Origin: Escherichia coli
GTDB lineage: Bacteria; Pseudomonadota; Gammaproteobacteria; Enterobacterales; Enterobacteriaceae
NCBI RefSeq assembly: GCF_051903065.1
Contig: NZ_CP178438.1
Length of the DNA: 64,000 nt
Reading direction: 5' to 3' (one strand)
The notes under the pieces are model-generated. The model made no database searches, was not told the origin of the DNA, and saw nothing but the letters and a program-made list of their open reading frames with translations. This document shows, piece by piece, positions 9,916-24,492 of this stretch (its first letter is position 1; every line of letters begins with the position of its first letter). Made by a program: the position numbers and the translations under genes.

Positions 9916-12162
9916 CTATAACCCTCCGCGAATCAGCCCGCCCATGCCGCGACGCTCCATAAAGGCTGCAACCTGATGGCGAACTTCGGTCGCCAGTTGC
10001 GCTTCCAGACTACGCTGCGCAAGATTTTCTGCTTCGGCATAATCAATGCGCCGCAGCAGGTATTTTACCCGCGCTACAGAACGTCCGTTCATAGACAGAT
10101 GGCGATACCCAAGCCCAATGAGGATTGCCACGCACATGGGATCGCCCGCCATTTCACCGCACAAACGGAGATCGATTCCATGTATTTCCGCTTCCCGGGC
10201 GATCATCGCCAGAGCTCGTAACATTGCAGGATGAAGACTGTCATAAATGTTCGCCACCCGGGTATTGTTGCGATCAACGGCCAGAATGTATTGAGTCAGA
10301 TCGTTGGTGCCAACAGAGATGAAATCGACCCGCTTTGCCAGATGCGGCAGCATAAATACCATTGACGGCACTTCCAGCATGATGCCGATACGTGGTTTGG
10401 GAATTTCGTAACCGATCATCTCCTCGACTTCACGTCCGGCACGTTCAATCAGGCGGCGTGCTTCGTCAACTTCATCGAGGCTTGTGACCATCGGCAACAG
10501 AATATTCAGGTTGCCCGTAGCGGCATTAGCACGCAGCATCGCCCGCACCTGGATCAAGAAGATCTCCGGCTGATCGAGCGTAATGCGAATCCCACGCCAA
10601 CCCAGGCATGGATTCTCTTCGCTGATCGGCATGTAAGGCAGCTGCTTATCTGCTCCGACATCCAGCGTACGCAAGGTGACGGGTTTATCATTGAACATTT
10701 GCAGCATCCCCTGATACTGCGCCACCTGTTCTTCTTCCGACGGAAAACCACTTTGCAGCATGAATGGGATTTCAGTGCGATAAAGACCGATGCCATCAAT
10801 ACGGCTGCCCAGTTTTTCTTCATGTTCCGGGCTTAAACCAGCATTGAGCATGACTTTTATACGCTCACCGCTTTTTAACTGCGCGGGTAAATTGACGTCA
10901 TCTTCCGCCAGACGGCTAAGCTCAATCTCTTCACTAATTAGCCGCTGATATTCTTGCAGCAGTACCGGCTCCGGATCGACCAGCAATTCACCGCGATAGC
11001 CATCGACGATCAGCGTCCGACGATGCAGCACCGAAGGCTGAATATCCGCGCCCATCACGGTAGGGATCCCCAGCGCACGTACCATGATCGCAGCATGGGA
11101 GTTGGCTGCGCCATCTCGCACGACAACACCGACTAAGCGATCCTGGGGCAGCTCAGCAAGAGTTGTCGCTGACAGTTCATCTGCCACCAGAATGAAACGT
11201 TCCGGCCAGGCGTTCGGCCCTTGATTAGCGTCATCAAGATGAAACAGCAATCGCTGACCCAGCGCACGTAAATCGCCAGCCCGCTCTTTGAGATAGTTAT
11301 CGCTTAGCGCGGCAAACTGTTCGGCAAATTTTTCAATGACCGTTTTTACCGCCCATTCTGCCACCGAGCCTTTATCAACCTCGGCAAACAATTCGCGACG
11401 CAGCCGGGTGTCCGAAAGCAGGTGCGAGTAAAGATCGAAAATAGCCGCCGTTTCTTTTTGTGCACCGGCGGCAAAGCGTTTGCTGTAGCGGCGAAACTCG
11501 TTTGCCGCTTCTTCCAGCGCCCCGGTCAGTCGTTCGCGTTCCAGAGCCGGATCCAGCGTTGATGCCTGATACACCTGTTCCATTAAAGGTAACGTGGCAT
11601 CCTGCCAGCCTTCGGCAATCGCCACACCAGGTGCTGCCGGTAATGCGCGGATTCGCGTCTGGCGATATTGCCCAAACAAGGCAGTCAACTGCGACTGAGA
11701 AAGAATCGCTGCCATCTGGGTGGCAAGCGTCACCAGGAAGGATTCTTCACTTTCGTCATACTGGCGCAACTCTCGTTGCTGTACCACCAGTACACCAAGC
11801 AACTGGCGACGTTGAATAATTGGTACGCCTAAAAACGCGCGAAAACGTTCTTCTTTTACGGAGGGGATGTATTTGAAGCTGGGGTGCTTTTGCGCATCTG
11901 CAAGGTTTATCGGTTCCGCCAGCCTGCCAACCAGGCCGACGATCCCTTCATCAAACGCGAGCGTTACAGTGCGACCGCGTGGTTTTTTCAGCCCCCGGGT
12001 CGCCATCAGGTAGTAACAACGTCGATCATGATCGGCCAGGTAGACCGAACAGACCTCGGTATCCATCGCAAGACAGATGTCGGTAACCAGAATATTTAAC
12101 GCCTCATTCAGGCGTGGTGCGCTGGCTACCTTTTCGACTATTTCGCGCAGGCGAGTGAGCAT
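9916..12162 (-). CDS. ptsP: PTS-Ntr enzyme I (PEP-protein phosphotransferase with GAF domain)
   Basis: 748-aa ORF; enzyme I-like C-terminal region. Confidence 0.95.
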   Translation of the reverse strand: MLTRLREIVEKVASAPRLNEALNILVTDICLAMDTEVCSVYLADHDRRCYYLMATRGLKKPRGRTVTLAFDEGIVGLVGRLAEPINLADAQKHPSFKYIPSVKEERFRAFLGVPIIQRRQLLGVLVVQQRELRQYDESEESFLVTLATQMAAILSQSQLTALFGQYRQTRIRALPAAPGVAIAEGWQDATLPLMEQVYQASTLDPALERERLTGALEEAANEFRRYSKRFAAGAQKETAAIFDLYSHLLSDTRLRRELFAEVDKGSVAEWAVKTVIEKFAEQFAALSDNYLKERAGDLRALGQRLLFHLDDANQGPNAWPERFILVADELSATTLAELPQDRLVGVVVRDGAANSHAAIMVRALGIPTVMGADIQPSVLHRRTLIVDGYRGELLVDPEPVLLQEYQRLISEEIELSRLAEDDVNLPAQLKSGERIKVMLNAGLSPEHEEKLGSRIDGIGLYRTEIPFMLQSGFPSEEEQVAQYQGMLQMFNDKPVTLRTLDVGADKQLPYMPISEENPCLGWRGIRITLDQPEIFLIQVRAMLRANAATGNLNILLPMVTSLDEVDEARRLIERAGREVEEMIGYEIPKPRIGIMLEVPSMVFMLPHLAKRVDFISVGTNDLTQYILAVDRNNTRVANIYDSLHPAMLRALAMIAREAEIHGIDLRLCGEMAGDPMCVAILIGLGYRHLSMNGRSVARVKYLLRRIDYAEAENLAQRSLEAQLATEVRHQVAAFMERRGMGGLIRGGL

Positions 12163-12174
12163 AATTGGCGTGAC

Positions 12175-12705
12175 TTAACCTCTTTTACGTCGATAAGCAG
12201 ATGCGTTTTGTGGTTTTGGCGTATTTTCCTGCAGTGACATCACCACGCTCGCGAACTCTTTCATTACCCTACGGTAGACATCACGTTTAAATGACACCAC
12301 CTGTCTGACCGGATACCAGTAACTTACCCATCGCCAGCCGTCAAACTCTGGTGTACTGCTGGTTTGCATATTGATTTCTGCATCGCCGCTCACCAGCTGC
12401 AAGAGAAACCATTTTTGTTTTTGGCCGATACAAACCGGCTTCGTGTCCCAACGCACCAAACGTTTCGGTAATTTGTAGCGCAACCAGTTACGCGTTGAAG
12501 CAAGGATTCGAACGTCTTTGCGGCTTAATCCTACTTCTTCAAACAATTCACGGTACATCGCCTGCTCTGCGGATTCTCCGGGGTTAATTCCGCCTTGCGG
12601 AAATTGCCAGGAGTGCTGACCAAATCGCCGGGCCCACATTACCTGCCCCTGGCGATTACAAATCACGATACCTACGTTTGGGCGGTAGCCATCGTCATCA
12701 ATCAC
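12175..12705 (-). CDS. rppH: RNA pyrophosphohydrolase (Nudix)
   Basis: 176-aa ORF with Nudix box [22 protein letters not shown]. Confidence 0.95.
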
Positions 12706-12779
12706 CGGACTACCTCAATATAAAGCTTTATATACGAATGATTGTTTCATACTCCAGGAAGACGGTAAACCACTCTCTG

Positions 12780-13230
12780 CAGGGCATTACACACTAATAA
12801 CAATTGAATAACTCACAGTTATGTGCAGAGTTATAAACAGAGGAAGGGGTGGATAGCCGTTTTTATTCACCTTTTCTGTGGATAGAGTTGTGAAGAACTA
12901 CGGAATTACTACGGGAAAACCCGGAGCATTCTGAATAAGCCCGATATAGACATTTTAAAATATTCATTATCAGTCAATGCATTACATGTAATTTAAGTAA
13001 TGAAAAAGAGTAATTCGTGACCCAGGTCACACCTCTCATTTACGGGTTGGCGAAAGATCAACCAATGCCGTATTTATCCACAGAATGTGCCACTAAGTTA
13101 AGCACTGAACCACTAAAAACTGGAGTTTCGTCGCACGTCAAGGCTGTAAATGGAAACAGTAGTGGAGGTTTTTCACAGTTATCCCAGCTTTCTGTGGATA
13201 ACATGGTGTAAGATCCTGTTTATTTTCAGT
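12780..13230. promoter_or_regulatory. DARS2: DARS2 (DnaA-reactivating sequence 2) with DnaA boxes
   Basis: Long rppH-mutH intergenic region. Perfect DnaA boxes TTATCCACA (about 13074-13082) and TGTGGATAA (about 13193-13201), plus near-consensus TGTGGATAG (about 12877-12885) and GGTGGATAG (about 12849-12857). Location matches the reported DARS2 site between ygdP/rppH and mutH. Confidence 0.6.
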
Positions 13231-13389
13231 GACCAGATTTGGAAAACCCGTTGCAGTGTTGCGCAACTCGATTACCGGCAACCTAAAAAGCAATATAAAT
13301 CAGAGAATTGAACAACGCATGTGGAAAAAGTTACACTGCGAATATTCGGCACATAATTGCTGTTTGTTTTTTAACCAAGGTATCATGAC

Positions 13390-14079
13390 ATGTCCCAACC
13401 TCGCCCACTGCTCTCTCCTCCCGAAACTGAAGAACAGTTGTTAGCGCAAGCACAGCAACTTTCTGGTTATACATTGGGAGAACTGGCGGCACTTGCCGGG
13501 CTGGTTACGCCAGAGAATTTAAAACGCGATAAGGGCTGGATTGGCGTGTTACTGGAGATCTGGCTAGGTGCCAGCGCAGGGAGTAAACCTGAGCAAGATT
13601 TTGCTGCTCTGGGCGTGGAACTTAAAACTATCCCTGTGGATAGTCTTGGTCGTCCGCTGGAAACAACATTCGTTTGTGTTGCCCCGTTAACGGGCAATAG
13701 CGGGGTGACCTGGGAAACCAGCCACGTGCGCCACAAACTCAAACGCGTACTGTGGATACCGGTTGAAGGCGAGCGCAGCATCCCGCTGGCGCAGCGTCGC
13801 GTTGGATCACCGTTGCTGTGGAGCCCGAATGAAGAGGAAGACCGGCAGCTACGCGAAGACTGGGAAGAATTAATGGATATGATTGTTCTCGGTCAGGTTG
13901 AGCGGATTACCGCTCGTCACGGGGAGTATTTACAGATACGACCGAAAGCAGCGAATGCGAAAGCGCTTACCGAAGCCATTGGTGCCCGGGGCGAACGGAT
14001 TCTGACGCTGCCGCGCGGCTTTTATTTGAAGAAAAATTTCACCAGTGCGCTGCTGGCCCGTCATTTTCTGATCCAGTAG
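13390..14079 (+). CDS. mutH: Methyl-directed mismatch repair endonuclease MutH
   Basis: 229-aa [36 protein letters not shown]. Confidence 0.95.
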
Positions 14080-14147
14080 CCATCGCTTTGACCTGCCGCT
14101 TTCCGGGCATATAATTACCGCTTCATTTTTTTGGCAGGGCTTTTTAG

Positions 14148-14861
14148 ATGTTATTTGCATGGATAACCGATCCTAACGCCTGGCTTGCGCTCGGTACGCT
14201 GACGCTGCTGGAGATCGTTCTTGGGATCGACAATATTATTTTCCTTTCTCTGGTGGTGGCAAAGCTTCCCACAGCACAACGTGCTCATGCGCGCCGTCTG
14301 GGGTTGGCGGGAGCCATGGTTATGCGTCTGGCGCTGCTGGCATCAATCGCCTGGGTTACGCGCCTGACAAATCCGCTTTTTACAATATTCAGTCAGGAAA
14401 TTTCTGCCCGTGACTTGATTCTGCTTCTGGGTGGCTTGTTCCTTATCTGGAAAGCCAGCAAGGAAATCCACGAATCCATTGAAGGTGAAGAAGAAGGGCT
14501 GAAAACACGCGTTTCATCATTCCTCGGCGCTATCGTGCAGATTATGCTGCTGGATATTATCTTCAGCCTCGATTCAGTGATTACCGCTGTGGGTCTGTCA
14601 GATCACCTGTTTATTATGATGGCAGCCGTGGTGATTGCCGTAGGCGTGATGATGTTCGCCGCGCGCTCGATTGGTGATTTTGTCGAACGCCATCCTTCGG
14701 TAAAAATGCTGGCTCTCTCTTTCCTGATTCTGGTGGGCTTTACCCTGATTCTGGAAAGTTTCGACATCCACGTACCGAAAGGTTACATCTACTTCGCGAT
14801 GTTCTTCTCTATTGCGGTTGAAAGCCTCAACCTGATTCGCAACAAAAAGAATCCGCTCTGA
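14148..14861 (+). CDS. ygdQ: TerC-family inner membrane protein
   Basis: 237-aa polytopic membrane ORF following mutH. Confidence 0.85.
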
Positions 14862-14998
14862 TACTCCGTACGCTCTCCTGCGGGAGGGCGTACTCACTCC
14901 TGTTACCCTCACAGTTTAAGATTTTCCTGCTTTCAAGATATATAACGTCGGTTTATAAACAGACTATTATCATAGGTGGGCCAAATGAGGATAACCGG

Positions 14999-15217
14999 AT
15001 GAAAAAATGGGCAGTAATAATTTCTGCAGTCGGACTGGCGTTTGCTGTTTCCGGGTGTTCCAGTGATTACGTCATGGCGACCAAAGATGGCCGTATGATT
15101 TTGACCGATGGAAAACCTGAAATTGATGATGATACCGGGCTGGTGAGTTATCACGATCAGCAAGGTAACGCGATGCAAATTAACCGTGATGATGTTTCGC
15201 AAATAATTGAACGTTAA
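14999..15217 (+). CDS. ygdR: Small lipoprotein YgdR
   Basis: 72-aa ORF with lipoprotein signal [23 protein letters not shown]. Confidence 0.85.
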
Positions 15218-15324
15218 CAAATAAGGTCAGCATCCGGCTGGCCTTAAGATTTTTCTCTTTCCCTTTTCCCTTCCCTCTGCCATTTTTATATTCCTTATGT
15301 CGTGATTATAAAAAGGAAACGGCT

Positions 15325-16365
15325 ATGCAATATCACCGTATACCCCACAGTTCGCTGGAAGTCAGCACGCTGGGGCTTGGCACGATGACGTTTGGTGAAC
15401 AGAACAGCGAAGCCGACGCCCACGCACAACTCGACTATGCCGTCGCTCAGGGCATTAACCTTATCGACGTTGCCGAAATGTACCCAGTACCTCCGCGCCC
15501 CGAAACGCAAGGGTTAACCGAAACCTACGTCGGCAACTGGCTGGCGAAACATGGCAGCCGCGAAAAGTTAATTATCGCCTCCAAAGTGAGCGGACCGTCG
15601 CGCAATAATGACAAGGGCATCCGCCCGGATCAGGCGCTGGATCGGAAGAATATCCGCGAAGCGCTGCATGACAGCCTCAAGCGTCTGCAGACTGATTACC
15701 TCGATCTTTATCAGGTGCACTGGCCGCAGCGCCCAACCAACTGCTTCGGCAAACTCGGTTATAGCTGGACAGATTCTGCGCCTGCGGTTTCGCTGCTGGA
15801 TACGCTGGACGCACTGGCAGAGTACCAACGAGCGGGAAAAATTCGTTATATCGGCGTGTCGAACGAAACTGCATTTGGCGTAATGCGCTACCTGCATCTG
15901 GCGGACAAACACGATCTGCCGCGTATTGTCACCATTCAGAACCCTTACAGTCTGTTAAACCGCAGTTTTGAAGTAGGTCTGGCAGAAGTCAGCCAGTATG
16001 AAGGGGTCGAACTGCTGGCCTATTCGTGCCTGGGTTTCGGCACGCTGACCGGGAAATATCTCAATGGTGCAAAACCCGCTGGCGCACGTAATACGCTCTT
16101 TAGTCGGTTCACCCGCTATAGCGGTGAGCAAACGCAAAAAGCCGTCGCGGCGTATGTTGATATCGCCAGACGTCATGGCCTGGATCCTGCTCAGATGGCG
16201 CTCGCTTTTGTACGTCGTCAACCGTTTGTTGCCAGCACTCTGCTGGGCGCAACCACGATGGAGCAGCTGAAAACTAACGTCGAAAGTTTGCATCTGGAGT
16301 TGAGCGAAGACGTATTAGCTGAAATTGAAGCGGTGCATCAGGTTTATACGTATCCTGCACCATAA
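15325..16365 (+). CDS. tas: Aldo-keto reductase Tas
   Basis: 346-aa ORF; aldo-keto reductase family. Confidence 0.9.
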   Translation: MQYHRIPHSSLEVSTLGLGTMTFGEQNSEADAHAQLDYAVAQGINLIDVAEMYPVPPRPETQGLTETYVGNWLAKHGSREKLIIASKVSGPSRNNDKGIRPDQALDRKNIREALHDSLKRLQTDYLDLYQVHWPQRPTNCFGKLGYSWTDSAPAVSLLDTLDALAEYQRAGKIRYIGVSNETAFGVMRYLHLADKHDLPRIVTIQNPYSLLNRSFEVGLAEVSQYEGVELLAYSCLGFGTLTGKYLNGAKPAGARNTLFSRFTRYSGEQTQKAVAAYVDIARRHGLDPAQMALAFVRRQPFVASTLLGATTMEQLKTNVESLHLELSEDVLAEIEAVHQVYTYPAP

Positions 16366-16396
16366 GATTAACGCCGGTTAAAACCGGCGTTAAATA

Positions 16397-19763
<3,367 letters not shown>

Positions 19764-19829
19764 TCAGTAAAAGCGAATGGAGGGAGATTACACGAGATAA
19801 AGAACGCGAGCGACAGTAAATTAGGTGCG

Positions 19830-19917
19830 AAAAAAAACCTGCGCATCCGCGCAGGTTGGTGCAAGAGACAGGGTACGAAGAGCGTACCGAATAATCTCAC
19901 CAATCAATACCTCTGGG
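19830..19917 (-). ncRNA. omrA: OmrA small regulatory RNA
   Basis: Minus-strand sequence CCCAGAGGTATTGATTGGTGAGATTATTCGG...CTGCGCGGATGCGCAGG followed by a U-run (terminator hairpin); matches OmrA in the aas-galR intergenic region. Confidence 0.9.
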
Positions 19918-20031
19918 ATCTTGATTGTGGTCTGCACGACGACTCTTCGCCAGCGAGAAAACGCAAAGGAATGAAGGGAAATGCAACGAGGTGTGTAAAT
20001 TGTCGGTTACTGTTACAGATTGATGACCGGC

Positions 20032-20114
20032 AAAAAAAAACCTGCGCATCTGCGCAGGCTGGTGTAATTCATGTGCTCAACCCGAAGTTGACTTCACCTA
20101 TCAATACCTCTGGG
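20032..20114 (-). ncRNA. omrB: OmrB small regulatory RNA
   Basis: Minus-strand CCCAGAGGTATTGATAGGTGAAGTCAACTTCGGGTTGAGCACATGAATTACACCAGCCTGCGCAGATGCGCAGG plus U-run; tandem paralogue of omrA sharing 5' and 3' ends. Confidence 0.9.
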
Positions 20115-20327
20115 ATCACCACTTTAGCAACCTGAAGCCAAACGCCACCAGCGGTCAATCGCAACAGCGTTTCGCAAAGTGTAACCAAAGGTTTGCAATC
20201 TCTTTTTTTGTCTTACTTATTTGCGTTTGGCTCACATTCCCACGATGAAAACACGCCGCCCCTTGAACCAACGGGCGTTTTCCGTAACACTGAAAGAATG
20301 TAAGCGTTTACCCACTAAGGTATTTTC

Positions 20328-21359
20328 ATGGCGACCATAAAGGATGTAGCCCGACTGGCAGGCGTTTCAGTCGCCACCGTTTCCCGCGTCATTAATAATT
20401 CACCCAAAGCCAGCGAAGCGTCCCGGCTGGCTGTGCATAGTGCAATGGAGTCTCTTAGCTATCACCCGAACGCCAACGCCCGTGCGCTGGCGCAGCAGAC
20501 CACTGAAACGGTCGGTCTGGTCGTTGGTGATGTTTCCGATCCGTTTTTCGGTGCAATGGTGAAAGCGGTCGAACAGGTGGCTTATCACACCGGTAATTTC
20601 TTATTGATTGGCAACGGTTACCACAACGAACAAAAAGAGCGTCAGGCTATTGAGCAACTGATCCGCCATCGCTGTGCTGCGTTGGTCGTCCATGCCAAAA
20701 TGATCCCAGATGCTGATTTAGCCTCATTAATGAAACAAATGCCCGGTATGGTGCTGATCAACCGTATCCTGCCTGGCTTTGAAAACCGTTGTATTGCTCT
20801 GGACGATCGTTACGGTGCCTGGCTGGCAACGCGTCATTTAATTCAGCAAGGTCATACCCGCATTGGTTATCTGTGCTCTAACCACTCTATTTCTGACGCC
20901 GAAGATCGTCTGCAAGGGTATTACGATGCCCTTGCTGAAAGTGGTATTCCGGCCAATGACCGGCTGGTGACATTTGGCGAACCAGACGAAAGCGGCGGCG
21001 AACAGGCAATGACCGAGCTTTTGGGACGAGGAAGAAATTTCACTGCGGTAGCCTGTTATAACGATTCAATGGCGGCGGGTGCGATGGGCGTTCTCAATGA
21101 TAATGGTATTGATGTACCGGGCGAAATTTCGTTAATTGGCTTTGATGATGTGCTGGTGTCACGCTATGTGCGACCGCGCCTGACCACCGTGCGTTATCCA
21201 ATCGTGACGATGGCGACCCAGGCTGCCGAACTGGCTTTGGCGCTGGCGGATAATCGCCCTCTCCCGGAAATCACTAATGTCTTTAGTCCGACGCTGGTAC
21301 GTCGCCATTCAGTGTCAACTCCGTCGCTGGAGGCAAGTCATCATGCAACCAGCGACTAA
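20328..21359 (+). CDS. galR: Galactose operon repressor (LacI family)
   Basis: 343-aa ORF, MATIKDVARLAGVSVATVSRVINN HTH. Confidence 0.95.
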   Translation: MATIKDVARLAGVSVATVSRVINNSPKASEASRLAVHSAMESLSYHPNANARALAQQTTETVGLVVGDVSDPFFGAMVKAVEQVAYHTGNFLLIGNGYHNEQKERQAIEQLIRHRCAALVVHAKMIPDADLASLMKQMPGMVLINRILPGFENRCIALDDRYGAWLATRHLIQQGHTRIGYLCSNHSISDAEDRLQGYYDALAESGIPANDRLVTFGEPDESGGEQAMTELLGRGRNFTAVACYNDSMAAGAMGVLNDNGIDVPGEISLIGFDDVLVSRYVRPRLTTVRYPIVTMATQAAELALALADNRPLPEITNVFSPTLVRRHSVSTPSLEASHHATSD

Positions 21360-21365
21360 CCGCAG

Positions 21366-22628
21366 TTAAAGCAATTCCAGCGCCAGTAATTCTTCGATGG
21401 TCTGGCGACGGCGAATCAACCGCGCCTGACCATTATCAAACAGAACTTCTGGTAACAGCGGACGGCTGTTGTAGTTGGATGACATTGATGCGCCATATGC
21501 CCCTGTATCATGCAGTACCAGATAATCACCCGCCTTCACTTCCGGCAAGGCGCGGGTTTCGACATTTCCCCCTTCCTGCTGGGTAAAGACATCGCCCGAT
21601 TCACATAACGGCCCGGCGACGACGGTTTCCACCGTTGGCGCGTGTTCCAGAGAACGACCATCAGCGGCCAGGGCACTGATATGGTGGTAACTACCGTACA
21701 TTGCCGGGCGCATCAGATCGTTGAACCCGGCATCAACCAGCACAAAGTGGCGGCTACCCATTTGTTTGACGCTCCGCACCTGAGTAATTAACACGCCAGA
21801 CTGCGCTACCAGAAAGCGACCCGGTTCAATTTCCAGTTTCACAGGGTGGCCCAAATGGCTGGCGATTTGCTGACGCGCGGCATTCCACAGACCATAATAA
21901 TGCTCGGTATCAACCGCCTCTTCACCCTGTTGATAAGGAATAGAAAGCCCACCGCCTGCAGAAATAGCCTGTAAATCCTGACCGAATTCGATGACCTGAC
22001 GTACCATAGCACCACACACCTGTTCCAGATGGGCATAATCAACGCCAGAACCAATGTGCATGTGAATGCCGACCAGCTGCAGATGATGACGTTGTATCAC
22101 GTCCAGTGCGGCGGGCAGATCGGTGTACCAGATACCGTGCTTGCTGTTTTCGCCACCGGTATTGGTTTTTTGGCTATGTCCGTGACCAAACCCCGGGTTA
22201 ACGCGCAGCCATACCCGATGCCCTGGCGAAACCTGGCCCAGTTGGTCGAGCATATCAACAGAACCCGCATTCACCGGAATTTGCAATTCACTGACGCGTT
22301 CAAGCGTCGCCTGATCGATAACATCTGCCGTAAAAACAATATCATCGGGGTGCGTTTGCGGATTGTAACCCGCCGCCAACGCACGCTCTATTTCGCCTAA
22401 CGAGACGGAATCCACTTTCACGCCCTGCTCACGCATTAAGCGCAAAATATGAATATTGGAACAGGCTTTCTGTGCAAAGCGCACCACATCAAACTGTTTC
22501 AGCGCTGCAATCTGCCGACGAATAATTTGCGCATCGTAGACCCACACCGGGCAGCCAAATTCTGCGGGCAAACGCAGCAGATTTTCGGCGGTGAGATCTG
22601 TATCGGTGCTGAACAGTGAATGTGGCAT
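21366..22628 (-). CDS. lysA: Diaminopimelate decarboxylase
   Basis: 420-aa ORF; divergent from lysR. Confidence 0.95.
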   Translation of the reverse strand: MPHSLFSTDTDLTAENLLRLPAEFGCPVWVYDAQIIRRQIAALKQFDVVRFAQKACSNIHILRLMREQGVKVDSVSLGEIERALAAGYNPQTHPDDIVFTADVIDQATLERVSELQIPVNAGSVDMLDQLGQVSPGHRVWLRVNPGFGHGHSQKTNTGGENSKHGIWYTDLPAALDVIQRHHLQLVGIHMHIGSGVDYAHLEQVCGAMVRQVIEFGQDLQAISAGGGLSIPYQQGEEAVDTEHYYGLWNAARQQIASHLGHPVKLEIEPGRFLVAQSGVLITQVRSVKQMGSRHFVLVDAGFNDLMRPAMYGSYHHISALAADGRSLEHAPTVETVVAGPLCESGDVFTQQEGGNVETRALPEVKAGDYLVLHDTGAYGASMSSNYNSRPLLPEVLFDNGQARLIRRRQTIEELLALELL

Positions 22629-22749
22629 AGCAAACTCCAGATAAGTGCTTTTTTATGATTACGCCACATCATAAAAAGAATAAAAAATATCGATTTATGT
22701 CGAGTCTATGCAAAAATGATATGGATTACCGGATTGCGAGAGAGCGCTC

Positions 22750-23685
22750 ATGGCCGCCGTTAACTTACGTCATATTGAAATTTTTCATGCGGTAATGACC
22801 GCCGGAAGCCTGACTGAGGCAGCACACCTGCTACACACCTCACAGCCAACCGTCAGCCGCGAACTGGCGCGCTTTGAGAAGGTGATCGGGCTGAAATTGT
22901 TTGAGCGCGTACGTGGACGATTACATCCTACCGTGCAAGGACTGCGTCTGTTTGAAGAAGTGCAACGATCCTGGTACGGACTGGATCGCATTGTCAGCGC
23001 CGCAGAAAGTCTGCGCGAGTTTCGCCAGGGAGAACTGTCTATTGCCTGCCTGCCGGTCTTTTCGCAATCTTTTTTACCGCAGCTCCTGCAACCCTTTCTG
23101 GCACGTTATCCCGATGTCAGCTTAAATATCGTGCCCCAGGAATCACCGCTACTTGAAGAGTGGCTTTCGGCCCAGCGTCATGATTTAGGACTCACTGAGA
23201 CACTCCATACGCCTGCGGGAACAGAACGTACCGAATTACTCTCTTTAGATGAAGTGTGTGTGTTACCTCCGGGCCATCCACTGGCGGTAAAAAAGGTATT
23301 AACGCCGGATGATTTTCAGGGTGAGAACTACATCAGCCTTTCCCGTACTGACAGCTATCGCCAGTTGCTGGATCAGCTATTTACTGAACATCAGGTTAAA
23401 CGACGCATGATCGTAGAAACCCACAGCGCCGCGTCAGTCTGCGCAATGGTACGGGCGGGGGTAGGTGTTTCGGTGGTTAACCCGCTCACCGCACTGGATT
23501 ATGCGGCAAGCGGTTTAGTGGTGCGGCGGTTCAGTATTGCGGTTCCGTTCACCGTCAGCCTGATCCGCCCCCTGCACCGCCCGTCATCAGCGCTGGTGCA
23601 GGCGTTTAGTGAGCATTTACAAGCGGGTTTACCGAAACTGGTCACTTCTCTTGACGCTATTTTGTCGTCAGCTACGACAGCATAA
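22750..23685 (+). CDS. lysR: LysR transcriptional activator of lysA
   Basis: 311-aa LTTR with N-terminal HTH, divergent from lysA. Confidence 0.95.
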
Positions 23686-24364
23686 AAGCGACAGCATCCT
23701 CGGCATGGATCGCCGCAGTATCAAACACAGGCAAAACACTGCGCTCTTCTGGCACCAGTAAACCAATTTCTGTGCAGCCAAAAATGACGCCCTGTGCGCC
23801 CTGTTCTGCAAGGCGAGCAATCACTTGCGCATAATAAGCGCGTGACGCTTCGGTAAATTGCCCCAGACACAGTTCTTCAAAAATAATCTGATTAATTTTC
23901 GCCCGTTCATCCGCTTCAGGAATAAGACAATTGATGGAAAATTGTTCCGTCAGCCGCCCGCGATAAAAATCCTGTTCCATGGTGTAACGCGTACCCAGCA
24001 GCGCCACACGAGTCATTCCGGCCCCGGTAATTGCACGTCCGGTGGCATCCGCAATGTGTAAGAAAGGCAGAGAGCAACGAGACTCTATAGCATCCGCCAC
24101 TTTGTGCATCGTATTGGTACATAACACAATGCCTTCTGCGCCCGCCCGCTGTAAGCCAAGCGCCGCCTCAGCCAGAATATCCCCGGTTTTGTCCCACTCG
24201 CCGCGACGCTGGCACTCTTCTATTTCATGAAAATCGACGCTATGTAGCAGCACTTGCGCAGAGTGAAGCCCACCAAGCCGCTGTTTAATGCCATCATTTA
24301 TCAGACGATAGTAAGGAATAGTGGATTCCCAGCTCATTCCTCCCAGCAAACCAATTGTTTTCAT
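23672..24364 (-). CDS. ygeA: Asp/Glu-racemase family protein YgeA
   Basis: Internal start [19 protein letters not shown] gives 230 aa; listed 355-aa ORF is an alternative-start extension. Confidence 0.85.
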
Positions 24365-24492
24365 TCCTCTCTCCTGATGTGTGTTACCGCAACAAGGCTG
24401 AATAAGGAACGAGACAAACGCCTCAACGGCCAGGTGCCCAATCTCTATTAACGAAAAAAGGGCCGGATGTACAGCACATCCGGCCCGTGAAA

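Noticed and set aside
13017-13444. Small plus-strand ORFs (64 and 71 aa) in the rppH-mutH gap.
   Set aside because: They coincide with the DnaA-box-rich DARS2-like region; no convincing RBS, and the 13229-13444 ORF overlaps the mutH start. More likely non-coding regulatory DNA.
19830-20040. Poly-A/T runs and near-identical 25-bp palindromes at about 19830 and 20032, as a possible repeat element or REP.
   Set aside because: They are the terminator hairpins of the two OmrA/OmrB sRNA genes, not an independent repeat family.
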